In this document: piece after piece, positions 38,051 to 47,376 of the stretch
Position numbering within the stretch: the first letter of the stretch is position 1
Layout of the letters: every line of letters starts with the position of its first letter
Assembly (NCBI GenBank): GCA_963663385.2
Contig: CAXXXD010000003.1
Span: 480,001-544,000, forward strand
Direction: 5' to 3'
Length of the DNA stretch: 64,000 bases
Origin: Oceanispirochaeta sp.
GTDB lineage: Bacteria > Spirochaetota > Spirochaetia > DSM-2461
The notes under the pieces: model-generated
Seen by the model: the letters and a program-made list of their open reading frames with translations, nothing else
Told to the model about the DNA's origin: nothing
The model's database searches: none
Position numbers and translations under genes: made by a program

Positions 38051-38100
38051 TACGTAATCTTACGTAATCTACAGTTTCTGCTTCTACGTAATATTACGTA
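38051..38100. promoter_or_regulatory. Two TACGTA-N4-TACGTA palindromic boxes, candidate LuxR/NarL-family operators
   Basis: TACGTAATCTTACGTA 38051-38066; perfect palindrome TACGTAATATTACGTA 38085-38100; between divergent genes. Confidence 0.65.
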
Positions 38101-38294
38101 TTTGCAAAAAAACCGGGCTGATTTTTTCTGCAGTCTTTTCTGAATACCATTTTCAGATTCGGTCCTGCCTTTGAAAATGATTTACCTGTGATGTGGTGTA
38201 GATCAGGTTCAGTAGTTTTTCTTAGATCTTTCTGGATCAAATAATAACTGCAGTCTATTGTTATTCCGTGATATTTGCTATGATAAAATTCTCT

Positions 38295-39218
38295 ATGGAA
38301 CAATATCTTCTCTGGTTTAATATACTGGGCTTTGCCTTGTTATTTGCAGCTCTGGGATCTACTTATATTGTATATAAGCCGATAAAGCCTGACTGGTTAG
38401 GATCCTACCTGCTATATATTATTGTCTATGCTTCCTTTATGATTCTTAATACATACCGTTTTTTCAGAAAGGTCTATCTAACTTTGTCATTCTATTCTAT
38501 GGATACGCAGTCTATGATGCTGGCCCTGATAGTTGCGTTGCTTCTTTTTATAGTCGTACCGCGCTTTATCTGGACACTCTGTTTTGGAAATGTTACATGG
38601 AAACAAAGATCCTTTTCCTTCGTGATGGGGATCCTTTTTTTGGCAATGTATATCATTTCAGTTCTATTTCCTGCTGTAGCTACCAGGATCAGTATCGTCG
38701 CGATCGTTTATATGAATGTTTATCTCGGGACTGTAACTCTCAATGGTTTGATCCGGCTGCGACTGCATTCCACAGTCAGTGATCGGGAAGATGCCGGTAT
38801 TGTGATTCCTTTTCTTTACATGAGCTGTTTGCTTTATTATATCGTAGCTTTACAGAGTGTTGTAATGCCGATGGTTGTATCGGAAACACTGAATAATAAG
38901 CTGAACCTTTTTACTTCGGGATGCATTTCGTTTTTATGGGGAGCCCTTTCTCTGTTGTATCTTTTCTGGAAAAATCCGGGGAAGTCGTTGTGTGGTGTTT
39001 TACTTGTTTCGGAATCATTCACAGCTCAGTACAGGATAACCCCCAGAGAAAGAGATGTGTTAGGCCTTCTCGTTAACGGAAAGAGTAATAAAGAGATAGG
39101 GGAGGCGCTATTTGTTTCTCCCCGTACGGTGGAGACTCATATTTATAATATCTATCGAAAGTGTTCCGTTAAAAATAAACTTGAACTGTTCGGTAAAATC
39201 AGAGACTGTCCCGAATAG
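38295..39218 (+). CDS. Membrane-bound LuxR-family transcriptional regulator
   Basis: About 7 TM segments plus ITPRERDVL....GKSNKEIG..LFVS.RTVETH..NIY.K HTH; start uncertain (38268-38295). Confidence 0.88.
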   Translation: MEQYLLWFNILGFALLFAALGSTYIVYKPIKPDWLGSYLLYIIVYASFMILNTYRFFRKVYLTLSFYSMDTQSMMLALIVALLLFIVVPRFIWTLCFGNVTWKQRSFSFVMGILFLAMYIISVLFPAVATRISIVAIVYMNVYLGTVTLNGLIRLRLHSTVSDREDAGIVIPFLYMSCLLYYIVALQSVVMPMVVSETLNNKLNLFTSGCISFLWGALSLLYLFWKNPGKSLCGVLLVSESFTAQYRITPRERDVLGLLVNGKSNKEIGEALFVSPRTVETHIYNIYRKCSVKNKLELFGKIRDCPE

Positions 39219-39325
39219 ATCATAAATCGCTCCAACCTACTTAGAATCCAGTTTTTCCGAGCCGTCCCAGTCAATGTTCTACCCATGGACGTGAAACCAC
39301 CTAATAAATAAGGTATAATTCCCTC

Positions 39326-40054
39326 ATGAAAAGAATAAGTCTCATAAATAACAGAATTCTTGTTACCGGCGCCTCCCGCGGAATCGGGAAAGCCTGCGCC
39401 CTGGCTCTGGCCGAGGAAGACGCCATTATCTATCTGTCGGGACGAACCCTGTCCTCTCTCAATGCTGTGAAAGAGGAAATTGAAGAGAAGGGCGGAAAGG
39501 CCGTCTGTCTCACAGCAGATTTAAGCGAACCCGGGGGAGTGGAAAAGCTCATCTCCTCTTATAAGGAACAGTCGGAGGATCTGGATGTTCTGATCAATAA
39601 CGCGGGAGTGGCCCTGTCCGCTCCCATAGAAAAAACCACCGGGGATGACTGGGACAGGATTATGGGGATCAATGCCCGGTCCCCCTACTTTCTCTGCCGG
39701 GAAGCCCTGCCCCTGATGGAATCATCACCGGTAAAGACAATAATTAATATAGCATCCGTTGTAGCGACTCAGGGGTATCCTCTGCAGTCGGCCTACACTG
39801 CATCCAAACATGCTCTTATAGGATTCAGCAAGTCCCTGGCCCGGGAACTTCAGGACAGGGGATACCGTATCCATGTCCTCTCTCCGGGGGGGGTGGCAAC
39901 CGAAATGGTGACGGGTGTCCGGCCCGATATTAATACGGAAGAACTGATCGCTCCGGAGGAACTGGCGGAATGGGTCCGTTTTCTGTTAACCGTAAAAGGA
40001 AACGGTATGGTCGACCATATTGCCATAAGAAGAGAATCCAAACTTCCCTGGTAA
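39326..40054 (+). CDS. SDR family oxidoreductase
   Basis: [24 protein letters not shown]. Confidence 0.93.
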   Translation: MKRISLINNRILVTGASRGIGKACALALAEEDAIIYLSGRTLSSLNAVKEEIEEKGGKAVCLTADLSEPGGVEKLISSYKEQSEDLDVLINNAGVALSAPIEKTTGDDWDRIMGINARSPYFLCREALPLMESSPVKTIINIASVVATQGYPLQSAYTASKHALIGFSKSLARELQDRGYRIHVLSPGGVATEMVTGVRPDINTEELIAPEELAEWVRFLLTVKGNGMVDHIAIRRESKLPW

Positions 40055-40095
40055 AAATCTTTACAAAATTACTTATATTAAGGAATAATAGGGGC

Positions 40096-42339
40096 ATGAG
40101 AAAACACGGTCTGCTTTTGATTCTTTCATTATTTACCGGTTCTGTTCTTTTCGCACAAACCGCAGTGACAGGTGTACTGGATCTACGGAATCAGGACTGG
40201 AGTCATGCCATAGCGAAACTGAATGGAGAGTGGGAATTTCACTTCGAAGAACAGCTTTCCGGGCCGGATCCGTCTTCGGCAGTTATCGTACCGGTTCCTG
40301 CAAAATGGAATTCATACACCGGCAAAGAGGGAAAGGTGATGGGCCGTACCGGTTACGGGACGTTCTGCCTGACCGTGCTGCTCCGGGGGGACGAACCGGC
40401 TCTGGCTATTGAACTGAACCGGCCCAATAATGCTTACAGGCTTTTTATAAACGGCAGGGAAATGGGGCAGGCCGGTGTGCCGGGTACAGATAAAGATTCT
40501 ACAGTACCCCGCTACGACCGCAACCTCTATCCGGTCCCTCCCGGGATAAAAAAACTGGAAATAGGAATCCAGGTCAGCAATTTTCATCAGGCTTCCGGAG
40601 GGCTTCAGGAAAAGATCATGATAGGTGAATACCGCCGGATTTCCGGGCGGTGGAATCTGAAGCGCGGCATTGAGATGATGCTTATCGGTGTTTCCCTGGC
40701 CATGATGCTCTATTTCCTTGTTCTGTTTCTGTATATGCCCAGTGAGAAGATCTATCTTTACTTTTTTCTGTTTACCATGACGGCGGTTATACGATCCCTC
40801 GTTACAGAGTCCTACTTCCTTCAGGACCTCCTTCCCTTTATGAACTGGTATATAATGATCCGTCTGGAATACCTGACATTCGCTTTTATTATAACGGCCA
40901 TGATCGCTTTCCTCCGGAGCCTCTATCCGGATGATGTTCCGAAAATCCCTTTCAACCTGATTTTCGGATTGTCCTGTCTGTACGGCGTTATCATTCTGTT
41001 TACATCATCCGTTTTTTTTACTTCCTTTATGACTGTTCAGCAGGTGCTTATGATTCTGGAGACTTTCTTCATTGTCTACATTATGGTGCGGACTGTCCGC
41101 AGGAAACGGGAAGGGACCGCTTATGTTTTCATCGGGGTTTCCCTGCTGCTGATGGCCTTTGTCAACGATCTGCTGAATGCCATGCTTATTCTGCATACAG
41201 GCGGTGTCCTCAGCTACGGGATGCTGGGATTCCTGCTCAGTCAGGCTTTTCTCCTGGCCGGACGCTTTACCCGGGAGAAACAGAAAAGCGACCGGCTCGG
41301 CCGTGATCTGGAAATTTCATCGGGAAAGCTTGAATCCCTCTTTCAGGAGATCCGCCGTTCCGGAAGAGATCTGTCTGAATCAGGGAAAGCCCTTAACAGC
41401 AGTATGATCAGCGCTGAAAGCTCGGTAGAGGAAATAACAGCGCATATTCACGGGGTTAACAGTGAAATCAGCAGTCAGAACAGGGGCCTTCAGGATACCA
41501 GAGCGGCATCTGAGCTTATGAACTCCTTTCTCAGCGGTCTGGATGCCGGGATTCACCGGCAATCAGAAGAAACAGACAGGGCCTCCCTTACCATAAAAGC
41601 CCTTCTCAGTGAAACGGAACAGCTGTTTTCCCGATTTGAAGGAATGGATAATTCCTTTAATCTTCTGTCTGATTCCAGCGAAAAGGGCGAGGCCCTGCTG
41701 GAGAGCATGAGTCACCTGGTTCAGGGCGTGAACAGACGATCCGAAAGGCTTGTTGAAACGAACGAGCTGATAGCCGGTATTTCCAGTCAAACGAATATGC
41801 TGGCCATGAACGCCGCTATCGAGGCTGCCCATGCCGGAGAGGCGGGCAGGGGATTTGCTGTAGTAGCTGAAGAGATCCGGAAACTGGCCGAGCAGACTGC
41901 TGTGCAGTCCTCCGAATCGGATAAGGAACTGAAGGAGATTCTGAGTGAAATCCAGGAAATGGTCAGCGCAACAGAGAGGGTGGAATCCAGTTTCACAAGC
42001 ATTCAAACGGGAGTCACTGCTTTTAAAGCCGATCTGGATGAGATGAAGAATGCGCTGGATCAGCAGAACCGTCAGGGCGATGAAATCCGAAACAGCCTGT
42101 CTTCGGTACAGAACGTTTCCGATCAGGTCCTGCTGGAATCGGGTGAAATAAGGAAGAACCGGGAGGTTACGGGACACAGCCTCGAACAGCTAAGCGAATT
42201 GAGTCAGAAAGTAAACCTGAGGGTTGAGGAGATGCTCCTCAGCACGGAGAAGTTGAACAAGTCCCTTGAGGCTGCCGGTGAAATGGAGAAATCCACCCTT
42301 AAGGCTATTGAAACGCTGATTACATTGACGGAAACATAA
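40096..42339 (+). CDS. 7TM-DISM receptor fused to an MCP signalling domain
   Basis: Signal peptide, LNGEWEF/VPAKWN/VSNFH extracellular domain, 7 TM segments, [35 protein letters not shown]. Confidence 0.88.
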   Translation: MRKHGLLLILSLFTGSVLFAQTAVTGVLDLRNQDWSHAIAKLNGEWEFHFEEQLSGPDPSSAVIVPVPAKWNSYTGKEGKVMGRTGYGTFCLTVLLRGDEPALAIELNRPNNAYRLFINGREMGQAGVPGTDKDSTVPRYDRNLYPVPPGIKKLEIGIQVSNFHQASGGLQEKIMIGEYRRISGRWNLKRGIEMMLIGVSLAMMLYFLVLFLYMPSEKIYLYFFLFTMTAVIRSLVTESYFLQDLLPFMNWYIMIRLEYLTFAFIITAMIAFLRSLYPDDVPKIPFNLIFGLSCLYGVIILFTSSVFFTSFMTVQQVLMILETFFIVYIMVRTVRRKREGTAYVFIGVSLLLMAFVNDLLNAMLILHTGGVLSYGMLGFLLSQAFLLAGRFTREKQKSDRLGRDLEISSGKLESLFQEIRRSGRDLSESGKALNSSMISAESSVEEITAHIHGVNSEISSQNRGLQDTRAASELMNSFLSGLDAGIHRQSEETDRASLTIKALLSETEQLFSRFEGMDNSFNLLSDSSEKGEALLESMSHLVQGVNRRSERLVETNELIAGISSQTNMLAMNAAIEAAHAGEAGRGFAVVAEEIRKLAEQTAVQSSESDKELKEILSEIQEMVSATERVESSFTSIQTGVTAFKADLDEMKNALDQQNRQGDEIRNSLSSVQNVSDQVLLESGEIRKNREVTGHSLEQLSELSQKVNLRVEEMLLSTEKLNKSLEAAGEMEKSTLKAIETLITLTET

Positions 42340-42416
42340 AAAAAGATTGACCCCAACCTGTTAAAGGACGTATGGTTTAATAATTGAAAGCATGGGTTTA
42401 ACCGAGGATAGGGGTC

Positions 42417-42665
42417 ATGGATATTCAAATTGAAGACTTTGAGGGATCTCGCATTATAAGGCTGCCGGGAAACGCTCTGAAAGGGTGTAAAAGCGGTGAT
42501 GTGGTCCATCTGGATATTTTGAAAGGGGCTCTGCTTGTAAAACCGGAAAACCACGAATTCCGTTCGGACTGGGCCGGGAAAATAAAACATAGCGGTCGGA
42601 AAGGGATGGAAAGCCTCCTGATAGAGGAGCCCTCCGCTATAGAAATGGATGACTGGGAATGGTAG
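42417..42665 (+). CDS. AbrB/MazE-like antitoxin
   Basis: GSRIIRLP beta motif, R..W and acidic W-x-W tail; overlaps the toxin gene. Confidence 0.72.
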   Translation: MDIQIEDFEGSRIIRLPGNALKGCKSGDVVHLDILKGALLVKPENHEFRSDWAGKIKHSGRKGMESLLIEEPSAIEMDDWEW

Positions 42666-42982
42666 TACAGCAATTTGATATCTGTCTGATAAACCTGGAC
42701 AGTGTGGTATCCATGAATATTTCCAAAACCCGTTTCTGTCTGATACTCTCTCCCTGTGAAATGATCAATTCCATGTCCACGGTGCTGATTGCACCCATGT
42801 CCACAAGGGTTATGCCCGGCCCCACCAGGCTGAATGTCACCCTGGAAGGCAAGAAGGGCCTGATCGTTCTGGATCAGATCAGAACCATCCGCAACAGCCG
42901 GATTATCCGGCGGCTGGGGCATCTGGATGAGGACTCGGTTACACAGGTAAAGAGCGTCCTGGCTGAAATTTTTCTTCTCTGA
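42659..42982 (+). CDS. PemK/MazF-like endoribonuclease toxin (divergent)
   Basis: DI.LINLD, KTR.C.I.SP, APMST, LDQIRTI. Confidence 0.82.
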   Translation: MVVQQFDICLINLDSVVSMNISKTRFCLILSPCEMINSMSTVLIAPMSTRVMPGPTRLNVTLEGKKGLIVLDQIRTIRNSRIIRRLGHLDEDSVTQVKSVLAEIFLL

Positions 42983-42997
42983 CCAATCAGAATCCTG

Positions 42998-44218
42998 TCA
43001 GACGGGAAGGGCTGATCTGTTGTAAATTTCTTCCAGTTCGGGGAACGGTTCCAGAGCGCGGGGAAGCAGTCCGTTGGCCCAGGCCAGGAACAGCCCGTAA
43101 TTCAATACGGGAACCCCTGTTTTTCTGAAAATATCCAGTCTGGAATCCATGGCTTTCCGGGTAAGCATACAGGCGGCACAGTGGATAATCAGGTCCCACT
43201 CCTGCGGATTTTCCGGGATTTTCCGGGTATGGCCGAATTCCACTTTAGAACCCACCAGCTGCCGGAACAGCCGGGGAATCTTGACGGTCCCCAGATCATC
43301 CGCCTGCCTGTGATGGGAGCAGGACTCCATTACCAGCACCCGTCCGTTTTCAGGAAAGTCCCTTAAAGCCCTCAGGCTTTCTATAAAAAGCGCAGGGTCT
43401 CCCTTTTTGCGGGCAAAAAGGATGGAAAAGGACGTGAGAGGCTGATCCTCCGGAATATCCGCCGCCACCTTATGAAAAGCCTGACTGTCCGTGATAACAA
43501 GGGAAGGTTTAATTCCCAGGTTGTTATAGAGGGAGTAGAGTTCTCTCTCTTTTACAATCAGTGCGGCGCAGTCCCTGTCCAGAAGATCTCTGATTGTTTC
43601 CACCTGAGGCAGGATCAGTCTACCCGCCGGGGCCGCCAGATCGATAGGAGTCACCAGCAGTACCAGATCATTCTCTTTGACCAGTCCTTCAACAGGGGTC
43701 ATCTCCCGGTGGATCTCCTTTTCCAGCTTTTCCATCCGGCTGATCAGGGGGAGAGAACTCTTTTCCTGCCTATTGTCCAGAACAATCCTGTTCTGGGGAG
43801 GGAAGAAATCCGCCTTTTCCGGATTGACCGGCCGATCACCGAAAGTCAGAACCCCGATCCAGGGCAGCTGTTTTTCCCCGAGCCATTCCAGAAGGTCCTT
43901 CTCTCCCTGTGACGGGAAACTGTGTCCGGGGGATACAAAAAGGATCATATCCGCCGCTTCCAGGCGCTCTCTTGTTTTTACAACCCTCTGCGCCCCGAGG
44001 TCTCCCGTATCATCCAGACCCGCCGTGTCTGTAACGGCACACATGCCGAGTCTGCCCAGTTCTATTTTCCGGGTGACCGGATCGGTGGTAGTTCCGGGGG
44101 TACTGGAAGCTATGGCAATATCCTTCTGAAAAAGATTATTCATCAGTGATGATTTGCCCGCATTCCTGACACCGGCCAGGACTATGCGGGTCATCTCCGC
44201 CAGGGGGGTGGAACTCAT
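42998..44218 (-). CDS. hydF: [FeFe]-hydrogenase H-cluster maturation GTPase HydF
   Basis: G.RNAGKSS, PGTTTDPV, DTAG, RLILPQV, TSFSILFAR.KG, CSHH...HCAAC, NYG. Confidence 0.93.
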   Translation of the reverse strand: MSSTPLAEMTRIVLAGVRNAGKSSLMNNLFQKDIAIASSTPGTTTDPVTRKIELGRLGMCAVTDTAGLDDTGDLGAQRVVKTRERLEAADMILFVSPGHSFPSQGEKDLLEWLGEKQLPWIGVLTFGDRPVNPEKADFFPPQNRIVLDNRQEKSSLPLISRMEKLEKEIHREMTPVEGLVKENDLVLLVTPIDLAAPAGRLILPQVETIRDLLDRDCAALIVKERELYSLYNNLGIKPSLVITDSQAFHKVAADIPEDQPLTSFSILFARKKGDPALFIESLRALRDFPENGRVLVMESCSHHRQADDLGTVKIPRLFRQLVGSKVEFGHTRKIPENPQEWDLIIHCAACMLTRKAMDSRLDIFRKTGVPVLNYGLFLAWANGLLPRALEPFPELEEIYNRSALPV

Positions 44219-45552
44219 GGGGTCTCTCCTTTATCGAAACTTGTCAGATTATATGTGCTGAACCGGTTTTTAAGGTAGTCGGCCTTGAGCTCTGTATTCT
44301 CTGACAGCCACTCTATCAGCTCCTCCAGGTTGGCTGGAGAAGCTTTTTTTATACGGGGTATCAGATCTTTCAGGCTGCTGTAGCCCAGGGTATCTTTAAG
44401 TGAATTCAGTAAAGCCGGGCTTACAGCCAGCCGGGCTTCCATTTTTTCCCTGTCCGGTTCAAGGTTCTCCATCAGGGGACCTGAGGCGCAATCCAGCGCC
44501 CTTGTCAGCCTTTCGGCCAGGCGGATCATCTGTTCAGCCAGAAAGGGCAGATTGGCGTTAAGCTGCAGCTGACCCGAGCGGCTGTACTCTTTAATCAGCC
44601 CTGCTGTGGAGGAGCACTCCATGCACAGGCCCCGTATCAGTTCCAGCAGAACCGGATTACTCTTGTCCGGCATTATGGTTGAACCGTACTGGACTTCTCT
44701 GTGGCGGATTTCTCCGCTCAGGGAGGATGTATAGAGCAGAAGGTCAGAGCTCATTTTATACAGGTTGTCCCCACACAATCCCATCCCCGCGGCACATTCG
44801 GCCAGATTGTCCGTATGAGCCACCTGGTCGCATAGATTCTGACTCCGGCAGAGGGGGAGGCCTGTTATCCGTTTGATCTGTTTTTCCGCTGCAAATACAT
44901 AGCTGCGGGGAGCGGAATACCCCGTGCCGATAGCGGTTCCCCCCAGAGGGATGGTTCTCAGTCTCTCTTTCAGTTTGTTCAGGCGCCAGCGATCCCGCTC
45001 AACCGGACCGGCCCAGGAGGAGAACAACTGTCCCAGAGTCAGGGGGAGGGCATCCTGCAGCTCCGTACGGCCGCACATAAGCCACTGTTCATATTCTGTT
45101 TCCCTTTTTACCAGTTCCTCCTGCAGCCGGACCGTTTTCTGTTCAATCTCCTCCAGAAAGCGGAAGGTCATTAATGTGACAGCCGTGGGAAAGGTATCAT
45201 TGGTGGACTGAAAGCGGGCCAGATGGTCCAGGGGACGGGCCCGGAAATCCCCGCTGTATTTCCGGTTTGTCCCTTCGGCCAGTACTTCGCATATATTCAT
45301 ATGCAGGCTGGTGCCTGCTCCCCCCTGACTGAGGGGCAGGGGAAAATGCCGGTCCAGATCACCCCTGATAACCTCATGGCAGGTCTCTTCCAGCAGGGGA
45401 AAATAGTCATCAGGGTAGAGACCGGCTGTCTCCTGCTGAGCTCTGACGGCCGCCAGTTTGACTTCGCCGTAGGCTCTGATGATTACCCGGGGAGTCTGTC
45501 CGGGGCCCAGTATCTCCATAGCCTTCTCTGTTTCCTGTCCGTACAGAATCAT
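44215..45552 (-). CDS. aspA: Aspartate ammonia-lyase-like protein (fumarase/aspartase family)
   Basis: QGGAGTS.HMN, QSTND.FPT, GRT.LQDA, GGTAIGTG, GSTIMP.K.NP. Confidence 0.8.
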   Translation of the reverse strand: MILYGQETEKAMEILGPGQTPRVIIRAYGEVKLAAVRAQQETAGLYPDDYFPLLEETCHEVIRGDLDRHFPLPLSQGGAGTSLHMNICEVLAEGTNRKYSGDFRARPLDHLARFQSTNDTFPTAVTLMTFRFLEEIEQKTVRLQEELVKRETEYEQWLMCGRTELQDALPLTLGQLFSSWAGPVERDRWRLNKLKERLRTIPLGGTAIGTGYSAPRSYVFAAEKQIKRITGLPLCRSQNLCDQVAHTDNLAECAAGMGLCGDNLYKMSSDLLLYTSSLSGEIRHREVQYGSTIMPDKSNPVLLELIRGLCMECSSTAGLIKEYSRSGQLQLNANLPFLAEQMIRLAERLTRALDCASGPLMENLEPDREKMEARLAVSPALLNSLKDTLGYSSLKDLIPRIKKASPANLEELIEWLSENTELKADYLKNRFSTYNLTSFDKGETP

Positions 45553-46598
45553 TTTCCCATCCTTGCAATACGGGGGGCATCCCCTCTGCTGAAACCGAGT
45601 TCCCTATCCAGCGGTTTTACACGGGCGGAAAGGCAGCCGATGCATTGGATTCCGCTTTCATCCAGACAGATCTTGCCGGGATATAAAAGGTAGTCCTTTT
45701 TGAAATCCTCCTGGGTGATGTTGGGCATCAGCACATTGGCTCCTGCGTTTATCATCCTCTCCCGTCCATCCGGCTCCAGTGTTCCCGCGGCGGTTGTCGC
45801 CGGGATATGGGTTTCGGGCAGGGCCAGCCGCAGCAGGGCGACCCCTCTCACAGCTTCTTCGATTGAGTGAAGCCGGGCATCCTTTAAAGGAGTCTCCGGG
45901 TGGGGAATAAAAGGACCGATTCCCACCATGTCCAGCTGCAGCCTCTGACAGAGCAGTATATTCTCCAGTCTTGTATCTGCCGTCTCTCCCGGAAGCCCCA
46001 GCATAAAACCGCTTCCCGTCTGAAATCCGGCCAGACGGACATTTTCCAGAGCCTGAAGCCTGTCTTTCAGGGTTTTTCCGTCCCGGATATACGCATGCAG
46101 TTCCGGGTCGGATGTTTCGAAGCGGATCAGGTAGCGGTCAGCACCAGCCTGAACCAACGCCCTGTACTCCTCCCTGCTGAGCATCCCGCAGCTGAGGGTT
46201 ACCGCCGCTTCTCCCCTGGTCTGTATCTTTATGGCTTCCACCAGGCGGCAGATCCGATCCGTTCTGTACCGGTGGTCTTCTCCGCCCTGCAAAACAAAGG
46301 TGCGAAGTCCCCTGTCGAATCCGGTCTGAACAGCTTCCAGGAGTACAGCCTCTTCTATTCTGTAGCGGTGCACCTTTTTATTCTCCCGCCGGATACCGCA
46401 GTACAGGCAGTTGCTGCTGCAGTAATTGGTAAACTCCAGCAGCCCGCGCAGCAGGACCTCACGTCCGTGTACTTCCGTACAGACTTTTTTACCCATAGCG
46501 GCCAGTTCATCTGTTGGAGCATGGTAGAAAAGGTCGGTCAGTTCCTCCGGCGACAGGGGAGCGGGAGAGCAGGACGTTGTCATTTCTTTTTCAGTCAT
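45549..46598 (-). CDS. hydE: [FeFe]-hydrogenase maturation radical SAM protein HydE
   Basis: RGLLEFTNYCSSNCLYCGIR, GPFIPHP.TP, PATTA, GANV.MPN, Y.LY.GK. Confidence 0.92.
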   Translation of the reverse strand: MTEKEMTTSCSPAPLSPEELTDLFYHAPTDELAAMGKKVCTEVHGREVLLRGLLEFTNYCSSNCLYCGIRRENKKVHRYRIEEAVLLEAVQTGFDRGLRTFVLQGGEDHRYRTDRICRLVEAIKIQTRGEAAVTLSCGMLSREEYRALVQAGADRYLIRFETSDPELHAYIRDGKTLKDRLQALENVRLAGFQTGSGFMLGLPGETADTRLENILLCQRLQLDMVGIGPFIPHPETPLKDARLHSIEEAVRGVALLRLALPETHIPATTAAGTLEPDGRERMINAGANVLMPNITQEDFKKDYLLYPGKICLDESGIQCIGCLSARVKPLDRELGFSRGDAPRIARMGK

Positions 46599-46740
46599 GA
46601 ACTTTCCTGTAAATATATTGATATTCTGTCTTGTGGATCAATAACGGTAAAACGGTCTTTATGGTTTTCCTGGATTCTGCCTCAAGCATTTTTTTATAAG
46701 GTGCCTGTCTGGATACCAGACGGTGAATTTTGTCATAATT

Positions 46741-46880
46741 AAGAAAATCTGGGTACGACATGGTTCCTCTCTTTCAGAATTCTCATTCCTCAGTGTCAGC
46801 GGGGCTGGGCCCGGTCTTATTGGTTCACCTTGAAAGCCGGTATGCCGCCTTTCTCAGATCACGTATCAGTATTTTACTAA
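46741..46880. ncRNA. Candidate structured RNA / leader upstream of hydE (unassigned)
   Basis: Intergenic segment whose ends pair (GGTACG/CGTATC, TGGTT/GATCA), with inner GCGG/CCGC and CCGG/CCGG stems. Confidence 0.3.
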
Positions 46881-46946
46881 AGTTTTGAATTTGTCAATGA
46901 TCAGGCTGTTCAATCGATAAAAAAATAACGAGAAATGCAACCAGTA

Positions 46947-47288
46947 TTACATTCTACTGTAGATTTCCACCAGGCGTTCTATCTTTGGTTCAATCATATC
47001 CATTACGATAAATTTCCCTTCCCGCAGAACTTCTTTTCCCTCTATATACAGCAGGAGCATAGGCACGGAGTACAGGGTCAGCTGCCCTGCAATCTCCGGA
47101 TCATCCGCCAGGCTGCAGTTATACCCCTTTATTTCCGGGTATTTATCGAGCAGTTCCTCAATTTTCGGTTTTATTACCCCGCAGACTCCGCAATCGGGAT
47201 GGGTAAAATAAAAAAGAGAAAGACCCATGTCCTCATTCATAATTTTCTGTACTTCAAAGAGATTATTCAGTTTTTCTGTAAATTTCAT
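46947..47288 (-). CDS. Thioredoxin family protein
   Basis: CGVC motif and SVP cis-Pro loop. Confidence 0.88.
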   Translation of the reverse strand: MKFTEKLNNLFEVQKIMNEDMGLSLFYFTHPDCGVCGVIKPKIEELLDKYPEIKGYNCSLADDPEIAGQLTLYSVPMLLLYIEGKEVLREGKFIVMDMIEPKIERLVEIYSRM

Positions 47289-47339
47289 AATTTGAATATA
47301 ATAAATAAACTATATATAGGGAAGCATAGACTATTTAGT

Positions 47340-47376
47340 AAAAAGAAACCCCTCTGCTACACCAACAGAGGGGTTT
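47340..47376 (-). terminator. Rho-independent terminator
   Basis: 11-bp stem AAACCCCTCTG/CAGAGGGGTTT followed by CTTTTT on the minus strand. Confidence 0.75.

Larger units (their letters stand above)
31246..39307. mobile_element. Putative non-autonomous cargo element / AT-rich island bounded by inverted repeats
   Basis: TTATTAGGTGATTTC (31246-31260) vs GAAACCACCTAATAA (39293-39307): 14/15 inverted match, coinciding with a visible GC drop; no transposase inside. Confidence 0.55.

Noticed and set aside
38051..38100. TACGTAAT repeats as a CRISPR array or tandem-repeat locus
   Set aside because: Units are too short, there are no spacers and no cas genes; better explained as operators
45549..46598. 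Biotin synthase BioB
   Set aside because: HydE-type motifs and linkage to hydF; no bio genes nearby
46741..46880. Firm call as 6S RNA, SRP RNA, ZMP or NiCo riboswitch
   Set aside because: Lacks the SRP CAGG/GGAA/AGCA motif, is short for 6S, and matches ZMP/NiCo consensus only partly
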